From Parcubacteria group bacterium CG10_big_fil_rev_8_21_14_0_10_36_14 (GTDB lineage: Bacteria > Patescibacteriota > Patescibacteriia > GCA-002772895), in assembly GCA_002772895.1 (NCBI GenBank), contig PFCS01000006.1, positions 1 through 54,630 of the forward strand: a stretch of DNA of 54,630 bases, in the 5' to 3' direction. This document shows, one piece after another, positions 19,271 through 27,348 of the stretch (positions are counted from its first letter, which is position 1; every line of letters starts with the position of its first letter). The notes beneath the pieces are model-generated. The model ran no database searches. It was given only the letters and a program-made list of their open reading frames with translations, and had not been told where the DNA came from. The translations under genes were made by a program, and so were the position numbers.

Positions 19271-19780
19271 ATGGCCTTAATAGATTTTATATTTTTACTT
19301 GTTTTGGGAGGGTTTGCGCTTTTTGGTCTTTGGTTTGGGCTTATCCACACCCTTGGTTCTTTATTTGGCACGCTTTTAGGCGTGTTTTTGGCAAGCAGAT
19401 GGTATGATAATGTTGCACTTTGGGCACAAGGAAAGTTTTCCGGTTCGCTAGGGATTTGGAATTTTATTGCATTCATCGTACTTTTTATTTTAATTAACCG
19501 TTTAATCGGATTTTTATTTCATATTTTTGAGCGTGCCTTTGACCTTGTGACCGCCTTACCTTTTTTGAAATCAATAAATCGGTTAGCCGGAGCTTTATTG
19601 GGGCTATTGGAAGGTGCGGTAGTGTTGGGCGCAATTATTTTTATGGCAAAACACGTTCCTTTTGGTCTTGAGGACGTAATTGCAAAATCCCAATTCAAAG
19701 ATTATTTTTTAGGAATATTTAATGTGCTCTTGCCTCTTGTACCAGAAGCATTAAAAAAAGCTAATGAAATAATAAAATAG
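19271..19780 (+). CDS. cvpA: CvpA-family membrane protein
   Basis: Four-TM protein with a CvpA-like N-terminus (IDFIFLLVLGGFALFGLWFGLI). Confidence 0.65.
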   Translation: MALIDFIFLLVLGGFALFGLWFGLIHTLGSLFGTLLGVFLASRWYDNVALWAQGKFSGSLGIWNFIAFIVLFILINRLIGFLFHIFERAFDLVTALPFLKSINRLAGALLGLLEGAVVLGAIIFMAKHVPFGLEDVIAKSQFKDYFLGIFNVLLPLVPEALKKANEIIK

Positions 19781-19802
19781 TAATTTATATTATGTGTTAA
19801 CC

Positions 19803-19835
19803 ATAAAATTATGTCGCTTTGCGACATAATTTTAT
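19803..19835. repeat. perfect 15-bp palindrome around a TCGC-TTT-GCGA core
   Basis: ataaaattatgtcgc-ttt-gcgacataattttat, between cvpA and mnmA. Confidence 0.8.
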
Positions 19836-19845
19836 AAAAAGATAT

Positions 19846-20967
19846 ATGGCAGAAAAAAAGAAAAAAGTTTTTGTAGCATTATCCGGCGGAGTAGACTCGT
19901 CTGTTGCTTTATATTTATTGAAGAAACAAGGATATGACGTAACTGCGGTTTTTATAAAAATAGGGGAGAGCATTGAAACACCCAAGGATAGCAAGGGGTT
20001 GTCTGTTGATTCGTGTTGGATTGGTGAACGCCGTGATGCAATGCGCGTAGCGGCATTTTTAGATGTGCCATTTTTAACATTTGATTTTGACAAAGAATAC
20101 AAGCATGAAGTTTTAGATTATTTTTTTCGCGAATACAAGGCTGGAAGAACGCCAAATCCCGATGTGATGTGCAATCGCAAGATAAAATTTCCATTATTTT
20201 GGAAAAAAGCAAAAATAATGGGAGCTGACGCAATGGCAACCGGGCATTACGCGCGAAATAATAAGAACAAAAAAACAAAAAAATATGAATTATTGGCGGG
20301 AAAGGATAAAAAAAAAGATCAGTCGTATTTTATTTATAATCTAAAAGAAAAAGATCTTGCGCATATTTTATTTCCAATTGGTGATTTAAAAAAATCCCAA
20401 GTCCGCAAAATTGCAAAAGAAGCAGGACTTCCCTCGGCGCTAAAGCGGGAGAGCCAAGGTTTATGTTTTTTGGGTCATGTAAACGTTGAACAATTTTTAA
20501 AAACTCGCATTAAACCGAAAAAAGGAAAAGTAATTACGACAAACAAAAAAATTATTGGAGAGCATGACGGGTTAGCATATTATACAATCGGGCAGAGAAG
20601 AGGATTGGGTGTAAAAGGCGAAGAAAGTGCATATTTTGTCGTGGATAAAAATTTTAAAGAAAATGAACTGATAGTTGCGCCACTAAAAGATGAGAAAAAG
20701 TATTATAAAAAAGAACTTGAACTTTGTGATATAAACTGGGTAAACAGCCAGCCAAAATTTTATTTTGCGTGTCAGGCGCGAATTCGTTATCGCGCAGAGC
20801 TTGAGAAATGTTCTGTTTCTTTTTCTCCCCCTGCCCGAGGGGGAGTCAGAGAGGGAGGGAGAGATGTCTTAGTAAAATTTTCCAAATCTCTTCGCGCTGT
20901 CACCCCCGGACAATCTGTTGTTTTTTATGACGGCGACAGCGTTTTGGGCGGGGGAATAATAAAGTAG
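19846..20967 (+). CDS. mnmA: tRNA 2-thiouridine(34) synthase MnmA
   Basis: PP-loop ALSGGVDSSV and C-terminal TPGQSVVFYDGDSVLGGGII. Carries the in-frame GC-rich insert SPPARGGVREGGRD. Confidence 0.9.
   Translation: MAEKKKKVFVALSGGVDSSVALYLLKKQGYDVTAVFIKIGESIETPKDSKGLSVDSCWIGERRDAMRVAAFLDVPFLTFDFDKEYKHEVLDYFFREYKAGRTPNPDVMCNRKIKFPLFWKKAKIMGADAMATGHYARNNKNKKTKKYELLAGKDKKKDQSYFIYNLKEKDLAHILFPIGDLKKSQVRKIAKEAGLPSALKRESQGLCFLGHVNVEQFLKTRIKPKKGKVITTNKKIIGEHDGLAYYTIGQRRGLGVKGEESAYFVVDKNFKENELIVAPLKDEKKYYKKELELCDINWVNSQPKFYFACQARIRYRAELEKCSVSFSPPARGGVREGGRDVLVKFSKSLRAVTPGQSVVFYDGDSVLGGGIIK
20825..20863 (+). repeat. GC-rich hairpin element, copy A (in frame inside mnmA)
   Basis: ctccccc-tgcccga-gggggag followed by tcagagagggagggagag. 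Confidence 0.7.
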
Positions 20968-20992
20968 CAGGTAGCAAAGTAGTGTGGGAATT

Positions 20993-21020
20993 AAAAAAAC
21001 TTGGGACAGTCCCAAGTTTT
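20993..21020. terminator. bidirectional terminator
   Basis: Hairpin aacttggga-cag-tcccaagtt flanked by an A-run and a T-run. Confidence 0.65.
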
Positions 21021-21031
21021 CGCGGTATTTA

Positions 21032-21694
21032 TTATTTTGTCGCTTTTTTTGCGTTTTGCGGTTTGCACATGCTGACGTTGGCGACAAATCCGCGCAGAGT
21101 ATTGGAATTTAGGATTGTGCCACGCAATTCATAAACCCTGACCTTACAGCCGACATACGGTTTTGCTTTCCCTACAAAAAGACTCATATGCAAATAATTT
21201 TCAGGAAAGGGCAGTTTGTCATAATAATTATTGGCTTTGGCAAGCGAAACGGAATTCCAATCATTATCCTTGGAGGTTGAAAATTCTATTTGTCGTATAT
21301 CATTGTCTTTATCGGTAAAAGCGATTTTAATATTGTAATTTGTGGTATCGCTAGAAATATAAGCGATATTGTTCTTTTTGCCACCGTTAATAACTGTGGT
21401 TATTGAACGAGTATTAACTTTAAAAACTTTATTGATAATTGTTCCTTCATAAGTATATACGTTTTGCCATTCAAGCAAGTAAACAAGTAGGTAAAGTATA
21501 CCAACAATAAAAATAGTGATACAGCTGAAAAGAAATAGTTGCTTTATCTTTTCTGGACTAATCGGTTTTCGTGGCTTTTTTTCTTTTTTCGGTTTTTTAT
21601 ACTTTTTAAGCTCCGCAGTTAGCTCGGCAATTTTTCGTTCTTGATTTTTAATAATATTATTTTCTTGCGCTTGTTTGCCTTTTTCCGGATGCAT
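21032..21694 (-). CDS. hypothetical single-pass membrane protein with Lys-rich N-terminus
   Basis: GAGGAG SD before the ATG. Lys-rich, possibly coiled-coil N-terminus, one TM (LFLFSCITIFIVGILYLLVYLL), and a beta-rich ectodomain. Confidence 0.6.
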   Translation of the reverse strand: MHPEKGKQAQENNIIKNQERKIAELTAELKKYKKPKKEKKPRKPISPEKIKQLFLFSCITIFIVGILYLLVYLLEWQNVYTYEGTIINKVFKVNTRSITTVINGGKKNNIAYISSDTTNYNIKIAFTDKDNDIRQIEFSTSKDNDWNSVSLAKANNYYDKLPFPENYLHMSLFVGKAKPYVGCKVRVYELRGTILNSNTLRGFVANVSMCKPQNAKKATK

Positions 21695-21824
21695 TTTTCT
21701 CCTCTTTGTGAATAGGTACGTTAGTATAAATTATTTATAAGGTTAAGAGGTTGCAAGAAAACCGATTTTCTTATAAACTATTATTAGACTAAGCTTTAAT
21801 CGCTAAGTAGTTTTATATTATTAT

Positions 21825-23597
21825 ATGACTGTAAAAGAATTACGCCAAAAATTTTTAGAATTTTTTAAAGAGCGCGGACATACGATAGTTCCGGGCGCTC
21901 CTTTAATTCCGGAAAATGACCCGACCGTACTTTTCACTACAGCCGGAATGCATCCATTAGTTCCTTATTTGGAAGGAGTAAAGCACCCAGAGGGCACGCG
22001 TCTTGCCAGTGTGCAAAAATGTATTCGAACAACCGATATAGAAGAAGTTGGCGATGCTTCGCATCTTACTTTTTTTGAGATGCTTGGCAACTGGTCGCTG
22101 GGAGACTATGGCAAACGCGAAGCGATTGAAATGAGCTTTTCGTTTTTAACAAGTTCGGAATGGTTAAATATTCCAATAAAAAAATTAGCGATTACCGTTT
22201 TTGAAGGTGACGAGGAAGTGTCGCGTGATGATGAGTCAGCAGAAATTTGGAAAAAATTGGGAGTCCCAGAGCATAAAATATCTTTTATGGGACGCGCTGA
22301 TAATTGGTGGGGACCGGCAGGCGAAACCGGACCGTGCGGACCGGATACGGAAATGTTTTATTATATTGGCGAGGGTGAACCGAGCCAAAAGAGCAATCCA
22401 AAAACCGACAGCGCAAAATGGGTAGAAATTTGGAATGACGTGTTTATGCTTTATGATAAAAAGGCAGAAGGCAAATATGCGGAATTGATTCAAAAAAATA
22501 TTGACACAGGAATGGGATTGGAGAGAACATCTGCCGTGCTTCAGGGCAAGGCGTCTGTATACGAGATAGAACTTTTCACTCCTTTGCTTGCGCAGATTGA
22601 ACGTCTATGCGGATATAAATACGAAGAAAGACCAAGAGAGTTTAGGATTATTGCGGATCATGCCCGCGCTTCTGCTTTTATTTTGGCAGAGGGCGTTGAG
22701 CCTTCAAATCTTGATCAGGGATATGTTTTACGTCGACTTATTCGTAGAGCTTTTCGTATGGGACGTCAGCTCGGTATAGAGGGGTCGTTCCTTTCCAGAA
22801 TATCTGAAATAGTAATAAACCAAATGAGGAGCGATTATCCAGAGCTTCAGGATAATAAATCATTTATAATGTCTGGGATTTCACAAGAAGAAGAAAAATT
22901 TGCAAAAACACTGGAACGCGGACTTCGAGAGTTTGGCAAAATGTCTTCAAGCGGAGAGTTGTCTGGTAAAGACGCCTTTGTTCTTTTTTCAACATATGGC
23001 TTTCCATATGAAATGACAGAAGAGCTGTCAAAAGAAAAGGGGATAAAAATAGCTAAAGAAGAATTTGACAAAGAGTTTAAAGAACATCAGGAGATATCAC
23101 GAAAGGGCGCGGAGGCAAAATTTAAAGGCGGACTTGCCGACAGTGATGAGGAGACGAAAAAACTGCATACTGCTACTCATCTTTTACAAGCAGCACTAAG
23201 AAAAACTTTAGGTGAACACGTAGAACAAAAAGGCTCAAACATAACAGCAGAACGATTGCGTTTTGATTTTATCCATCCGGACAAATTAACAGAAGATGAA
23301 AAAATTAAAGTTGAATATTTAGTAAACGATGCAATAAAGATGGATTATCCTATAACTTGGGAAGAAATACCAACTGAAGAAGCAAAAAAAAGTGGCGCGC
23401 TTGGTTTTTTTGGTCATAAGTATGGAGACAATGTTAAGGTGTACACTGTCGGAAAAGGTGATAATATTTTTTCAAAAGAAATATGTGGAGGTCCCCATAT
23501 TGCGCATACAGGTGAACTTGGACATTTCAGAATAATAAAAGAAGAGGCTATAAGTGCTGGAATACGCAGAATAAAGGCAATTCTTGAGAGCAAATGA
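21825..23597 (+). CDS. alaS: alanine--tRNA ligase, short form (590 aa)
   Basis: FTTAGMHPLVPY and WGPAGETGPCGPDTEMFY. Editing-domain motifs HTATHLL and CGGPH lie close to the C-terminus. Confidence 0.9.
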   Translation: MTVKELRQKFLEFFKERGHTIVPGAPLIPENDPTVLFTTAGMHPLVPYLEGVKHPEGTRLASVQKCIRTTDIEEVGDASHLTFFEMLGNWSLGDYGKREAIEMSFSFLTSSEWLNIPIKKLAITVFEGDEEVSRDDESAEIWKKLGVPEHKISFMGRADNWWGPAGETGPCGPDTEMFYYIGEGEPSQKSNPKTDSAKWVEIWNDVFMLYDKKAEGKYAELIQKNIDTGMGLERTSAVLQGKASVYEIELFTPLLAQIERLCGYKYEERPREFRIIADHARASAFILAEGVEPSNLDQGYVLRRLIRRAFRMGRQLGIEGSFLSRISEIVINQMRSDYPELQDNKSFIMSGISQEEEKFAKTLERGLREFGKMSSSGELSGKDAFVLFSTYGFPYEMTEELSKEKGIKIAKEEFDKEFKEHQEISRKGAEAKFKGGLADSDEETKKLHTATHLLQAALRKTLGEHVEQKGSNITAERLRFDFIHPDKLTEDEKIKVEYLVNDAIKMDYPITWEEIPTEEAKKSGALGFFGHKYGDNVKVYTVGKGDNIFSKEICGGPHIAHTGELGHFRIIKEEAISAGIRRIKAILESK

Positions 23598-23637
23598 TTG
23601 GCTTAATTTGCAATAAAATTACCATATCTATAAGCCC

Positions 23638-23666
23638 TTGACATTTTTTACAAAATCATTTATACT
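23638..23666 (+). promoter_or_regulatory. sigma70 promoter for infA
   Basis: TTGACA, 17-nt spacer, TATACT. Confidence 0.6.
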
Positions 23667-23690
23667 ATAAAAAGTAATAATTTATCTAAA

Positions 23691-23939
23691 ATGGGTAAAA
23701 ATAAAGACGAACAGGTAACCGCTTCCGGTTCCAAAGATTTTATTGAGGAAAAGGGAGAGGTTCTAGAGCTTTTGCCAGCAGGAACATTCAAAATCCAGCT
23801 GGACAATGGCCACACTATCTTGGCGCACTTGTCAGGAAAAATGCGCATGAATAAAATCAGGATTTTGCCTGGTGATAGAATAAAGGTGCAAATGACACCA
23901 TATGACTTGACAAAAGGAAGGATTGTCTTCAGGTTTTAG
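23691..23939 (+). CDS. infA: translation initiation factor IF-1
   Basis: S1-like core [60 protein letters not shown]. Confidence 0.9.
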   Translation: MGKNKDEQVTASGSKDFIEEKGEVLELLPAGTFKIQLDNGHTILAHLSGKMRMNKIRILPGDRIKVQMTPYDLTKGRIVFRF

Positions 23940-23969
23940 CATTCTTAAGTGTTGCCAAAGTACGCGCAT

Positions 23970-23991
23970 CCCGATGCTCCTCGGGTTTTTT
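23970..23991 (+). terminator. terminator-like hairpin after infA
   Basis: Hairpin cccga-tgctcc-tcggg followed by tttttt. Confidence 0.55.
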
Positions 23992-24055
23992 AGAACTCGT
24001 AAAACGAGAACTATTGCGCATATTAAATTTTTAATATAGAGTATTATAAATAGAT

Positions 24056-24169
24056 ATGAAAGTACGCGCATCAGTAAAAAAAATGTGCAAGGACTGCAAA
24101 GTTATACGAAGGAATAGAAGAGTCCAAGTAATTTGTAAGAATCCTCGGCATAAACAACGCCAAGGTTAA
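24056..24169 (+). CDS. rpmJ: 50S ribosomal protein L36 (37 aa, below the ORF-track cutoff)
   Basis: Hand translation: [37 protein letters not shown]. Confidence 0.9.
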   Translation: MKVRASVKKMCKDCKVIRRNRRVQVICKNPRHKQRQG

Positions 24170-24195
24170 ATTTTTAATTATAGAACTAATAAAAT

Positions 24196-24585
24196 ATGGC
24201 AAGAATTTCTGGAGTCAATTTACCAATGAATAAAAGAATAGAAGTTGCAATAACTTATGTTTATGGTATTGGAAAAGTAGTAGCAAAATCAATTTTAAAG
24301 ACAGCAGGAATAAATCCAGACACACGAACAAAGGATTTGACTGAAGATGAAGCAAATAAATTGAGACTATTAATTGAAAAACAATATGTAACCGAAGGAG
24401 AATTGCGTAGGCAAATTGCTTCTAATATAAGACGCCTAAAAGAAATTGGCTCTTATAGAGGAACGAGACATGCAAAGGGTTTACCTTCTCATGGTCAAAG
24501 AACAAAGACAAACTCCCGAACTGTGCGCGGAAATAAACGTGTTACTATGGGTTCTGGACGCAAACAGGCAGGACAGAAAACGTAA
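24196..24585 (+). CDS. rpsM: 30S ribosomal protein S13
   Basis: [10 protein letters not shown]... S13 signature, in the conserved operon position. Confidence 0.95.
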   Translation: MARISGVNLPMNKRIEVAITYVYGIGKVVAKSILKTAGINPDTRTKDLTEDEANKLRLLIEKQYVTEGELRRQIASNIRRLKEIGSYRGTRHAKGLPSHGQRTKTNSRTVRGNKRVTMGSGRKQAGQKT

Positions 24586-24630
24586 AATTATAAAAAATAT
24601 AAATTAAGATATCGCTTTGCGATAATAATT

Positions 24631-25020
24631 ATGCCAAAAATAGTAAAAAGAAAAAAGAAAAAGATTGATAGACAAGTCTCCCAAGGCAAGGTTTTTATTA
24701 AAGCTACATATAATAATACTATTGTTTCAATATCAGATATGCAGGGTAATGTGATATCTTGGTCTTCGGCCGGACATTGCGGTTTTAAGGGGCCAAAAAA
24801 ATCAACCCCTTATGCTGCTGGAGTAATTGTAAAAAATGCTATAGAGAAGGCCGCTTCATATGGTTTACGAGATGTATACGTATTAGTAAAAGGCGTTGGT
24901 TCTGGTAGAGAGTCTGCGGTTCGTTCATTAAATGCTAATGGACTTAGCGTAATTTCTATAAAAGATATAACCCCAATTCCTCATAATGGTCCAAGACCGC
25001 CAAGACCACGCAGAATATAA
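24631..25020 (+). CDS. rpsK: 30S ribosomal protein S11
   Basis: [24 protein letters not shown]... S11 signature. Confidence 0.95.
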   Translation: MPKIVKRKKKKIDRQVSQGKVFIKATYNNTIVSISDMQGNVISWSSAGHCGFKGPKKSTPYAAGVIVKNAIEKAASYGLRDVYVLVKGVGSGRESAVRSLNANGLSVISIKDITPIPHNGPRPPRPRRI

Positions 25021-25043
25021 ATATAAATAAAAAGTTTTGATCT

Positions 25044-25673
25044 ATGGCTAAATTAAATGAACAATGTAAATTATGCAGACGCGAGGGCGAAAAGCTTTTC
25101 CTAAAAGGAGACCGCTGTTTTAGTACGAAATGCGCCATAGTAAAAAGAAATTATAAACCTGGTGTTCATGGACCGCAAGGAAAACCGTCAAAAATGACAG
25201 ATTATGGAAAGCAATTACGCGCAAAGCAAGCAGCAAAAAGAATGTATAGCTTAACTGAAAAGCAATTTTCCAATTATATCGCAAAAGCAATGAAGAAAAA
25301 GGAAAATACAACGGATATGATTTTAAAGTTTTTAGAGTCTCGTTTGGATAACGTTGTTTATCGTTTAGGTTTTACAACATCCAGAGCATCTGCAAGACAG
25401 TTTGTTGGTCATGGATTTTTGAATATAAACGGCAAAAAAGTAGATATCCCATCTTATGAAGTAAAACCCGGGGATATAATCAGTATAAACGCAAGAAAAG
25501 TAAATAAAAAATTAGTAGCTGAAGTAAGTGAACGAACAAAGACAAAAGAAACGCCTATTTGGATTGCTTTAGACAAAGAAAAAATGGAAGCAAAGGTTTT
25601 GGGCGCGCCAGAACTTCAGCAAGGCGAAAAGCTGTTTGATATACAAAATGTAATTGAATTTTATTCACGTTAA
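25044..25673 (+). CDS. rpsD: 30S ribosomal protein S4
   Basis: CKLCRREGEKLFLKGDRC zinc-type N-terminus followed by an S4 domain. Confidence 0.95.
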   Translation: MAKLNEQCKLCRREGEKLFLKGDRCFSTKCAIVKRNYKPGVHGPQGKPSKMTDYGKQLRAKQAAKRMYSLTEKQFSNYIAKAMKKKENTTDMILKFLESRLDNVVYRLGFTTSRASARQFVGHGFLNINGKKVDIPSYEVKPGDIISINARKVNKKLVAEVSERTKTKETPIWIALDKEKMEAKVLGAPELQQGEKLFDIQNVIEFYSR

Positions 25674-25677
25674 AATT

Positions 25678-25726
25678 AAGGAGGTACTAGGTGGTTAGGA
25701 TTTAGGGAAACCTAAAATCTATAACC
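25678..25726 (+). promoter_or_regulatory. orphan strong SD, 4-codon mini-ORF and GAAA-tetraloop hairpin upstream of rpoA
   Basis: AAGGAGGT at 25678-25685, then GTG GTT AGG ATT TAG starting at 25691. Hairpin ggtta-g-gatttagg-GAAA-cctaaaatc-ta-taacc spans 25693-25726. Confidence 0.45.
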
Positions 25727-25747
25727 TAAACCCCAATTTATAAATAT

Positions 25748-26524
25748 ATGCAATCAATACTTCTACCCTCAAAGATAAATTTTAAAAAGGGTACAGGAAA
25801 AAACGAGACCGTAGTGAGCCTTGAGCCATGTTATCATGGTTATGGTATCACCATTGGAAACGCTTTGAGAAGGGTGCTTTTGTCGTCTTTACCTGGCTCG
25901 GCAATAACCGCTGTAAAAATAGAAGGAGTGAGCCACGAGTTTTCTGCAATACCAAACGTTCTTGAAGATGCTTTGCAGGTTATATTGAATTTGAAGCAGG
26001 TTCGTCTAGTTTCTCATAGTAGCGAGCCTATAAAGCTTTCCTTAACTGTAAGTGGAGAGAAAAAAATTACCGCAGGTGATTTCGAAAAAAATTCTGACAT
26101 AAAAATAGCAAGCCCAGATCAACATATTGCAACCTTAACAGATCCAAAAGCAGAATTTAAGATGGAAGTTATCGTTGAACAGGGAAGAGGATATGCAGTT
26201 ACAGAAGAGAGAGATAAATCAAATTTGGAAGCGGGAATGATTGCTATAGATGCAATATTTACGCCAGTAAGAAACGTTGCTGTTAAAGTAGAAAATGTAC
26301 GTGTTGGACAGATTACCAATTTTGACAAATTACTTTTGACAGTTGAAACTGATGGAACAATAACTCCGGAAGAAGCAGTAAAAGAATCAGCAAAAATATT
26401 AATTGACCATTTGAATATTGTCATGTCCGGTGAAGGAAAAGAAGAAGAGCCGGAAGAAGAAATAAAAGAAGAAGACGTTTCCGTAGAAGAAGTAGAAGAA
26501 AAAGAAGAGACAGAAACAGAATAA
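25748..26524 (+). CDS. rpoA: DNA-directed RNA polymerase alpha subunit, NTD only plus acidic tail (258 aa)
   Basis: The alpha-NTD alignment runs to ...TPEEAVKESAKILIDHLNIV. The protein then ends in GEGKEEEPEEEIKEEDVSVEEVEEKEETETE. Confidence 0.9.
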   Translation: MQSILLPSKINFKKGTGKNETVVSLEPCYHGYGITIGNALRRVLLSSLPGSAITAVKIEGVSHEFSAIPNVLEDALQVILNLKQVRLVSHSSEPIKLSLTVSGEKKITAGDFEKNSDIKIASPDQHIATLTDPKAEFKMEVIVEQGRGYAVTEERDKSNLEAGMIAIDAIFTPVRNVAVKVENVRVGQITNFDKLLLTVETDGTITPEEAVKESAKILIDHLNIVMSGEGKEEEPEEEIKEEDVSVEEVEEKEETETE

Positions 26525-26559
26525 AACATTGCATTTCAATTTTATACTTTACGATTAGT

Positions 26560-26997
26560 ATGCGACACCACATAAAAACAAAAACATTAGGAAGAAAAAA
26601 AGCCTCACGAGAAGCCTTATTTAGAAGTTTGGCAACGAGCTTGGTTTTGTATGAAAAAATTAAAACCACAGAAGCAAAAGCAAAGCTTCTTCGCTCATAT
26701 GTTGAAAAAATGATAACTTTAGGCAAGAAGAACACACTTCATACAAGACGACAACTCTTGAAAAAATTATATGTAGAGTCTGCAGTGAAAAAAGTGTTAG
26801 ATGATCTTTCTCCAAGATTTAGCCAAAGAAAAGGCGGTTATTTACGAATTACCAAGTTAGGATTTAGACGGGGTGATGCCGCTAAAATGGTAAAAATTGA
26901 ATTTGTAGAAAGCGCAAAACCAAAAACAGAAACAAAAGAAGCGAAAAAACCGGTTAAAAAGTCTCCAAAAACTAAAAAAGCCACAAAAACTAAATAA
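26560..26997 (+). CDS. rplQ: 50S ribosomal protein L17 with Lys-rich C-terminal tail
   Basis: MRHHIKTKTLGRKKASREAL... L17 N-terminus. Confidence 0.9.
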   Translation: MRHHIKTKTLGRKKASREALFRSLATSLVLYEKIKTTEAKAKLLRSYVEKMITLGKKNTLHTRRQLLKKLYVESAVKKVLDDLSPRFSQRKGGYLRITKLGFRRGDAAKMVKIEFVESAKPKTETKEAKKPVKKSPKTKKATKTK

Positions 26998-26999
26998 AT

Positions 27000-27338
27000 A
27001 TGAACAGAGAAGTATATAAACTAAATGCGGAAGGAAAAACGCCGGGCCGATTGGCTACGGAAATTTCGGTTTTACTACAAGGTAAAAACAAACCGGATTG
27101 GGCGCCACATAATGATACTGGCGGATTTGTTGAGGTTGAAAATGCAGATAAAATAAAAATTACCGGTAATAAACTGAAAGATTATAAATATTACAACCAC
27201 AGCGGATATCCGGGTGGGCTTCGAACAAGAGCAATGAAAGAGTTAACACAAGAAGAAGTTATACGCCACGCTGTTTATAAAATGCTTCCTAAGAATCGTT
27301 TAAGAGATCCAAGAATTAAAAGATTAAAGTTTGTCTAA
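27000..27338 (+). CDS. rplM: 50S ribosomal protein L13 (short, 112 aa)
   Basis: GRLATEISVLLQGKNKPDWAPHNDTGGFV and YYNHSGYPGG motifs. Confidence 0.9.
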   Translation: MNREVYKLNAEGKTPGRLATEISVLLQGKNKPDWAPHNDTGGFVEVENADKIKITGNKLKDYKYYNHSGYPGGLRTRAMKELTQEEVIRHAVYKMLPKNRLRDPRIKRLKFV

Positions 27339-27348
27339 TTATACTATT

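Noticed and set aside
21695-21824. T-box or riboswitch leaders upstream of aaRS genes (alaS, metG, gltX)
   Set aside because: The available untranslated spacers are at most ~130 nt for alaS and essentially 0 nt for metG and gltX. I saw no specifier or terminator architecture.
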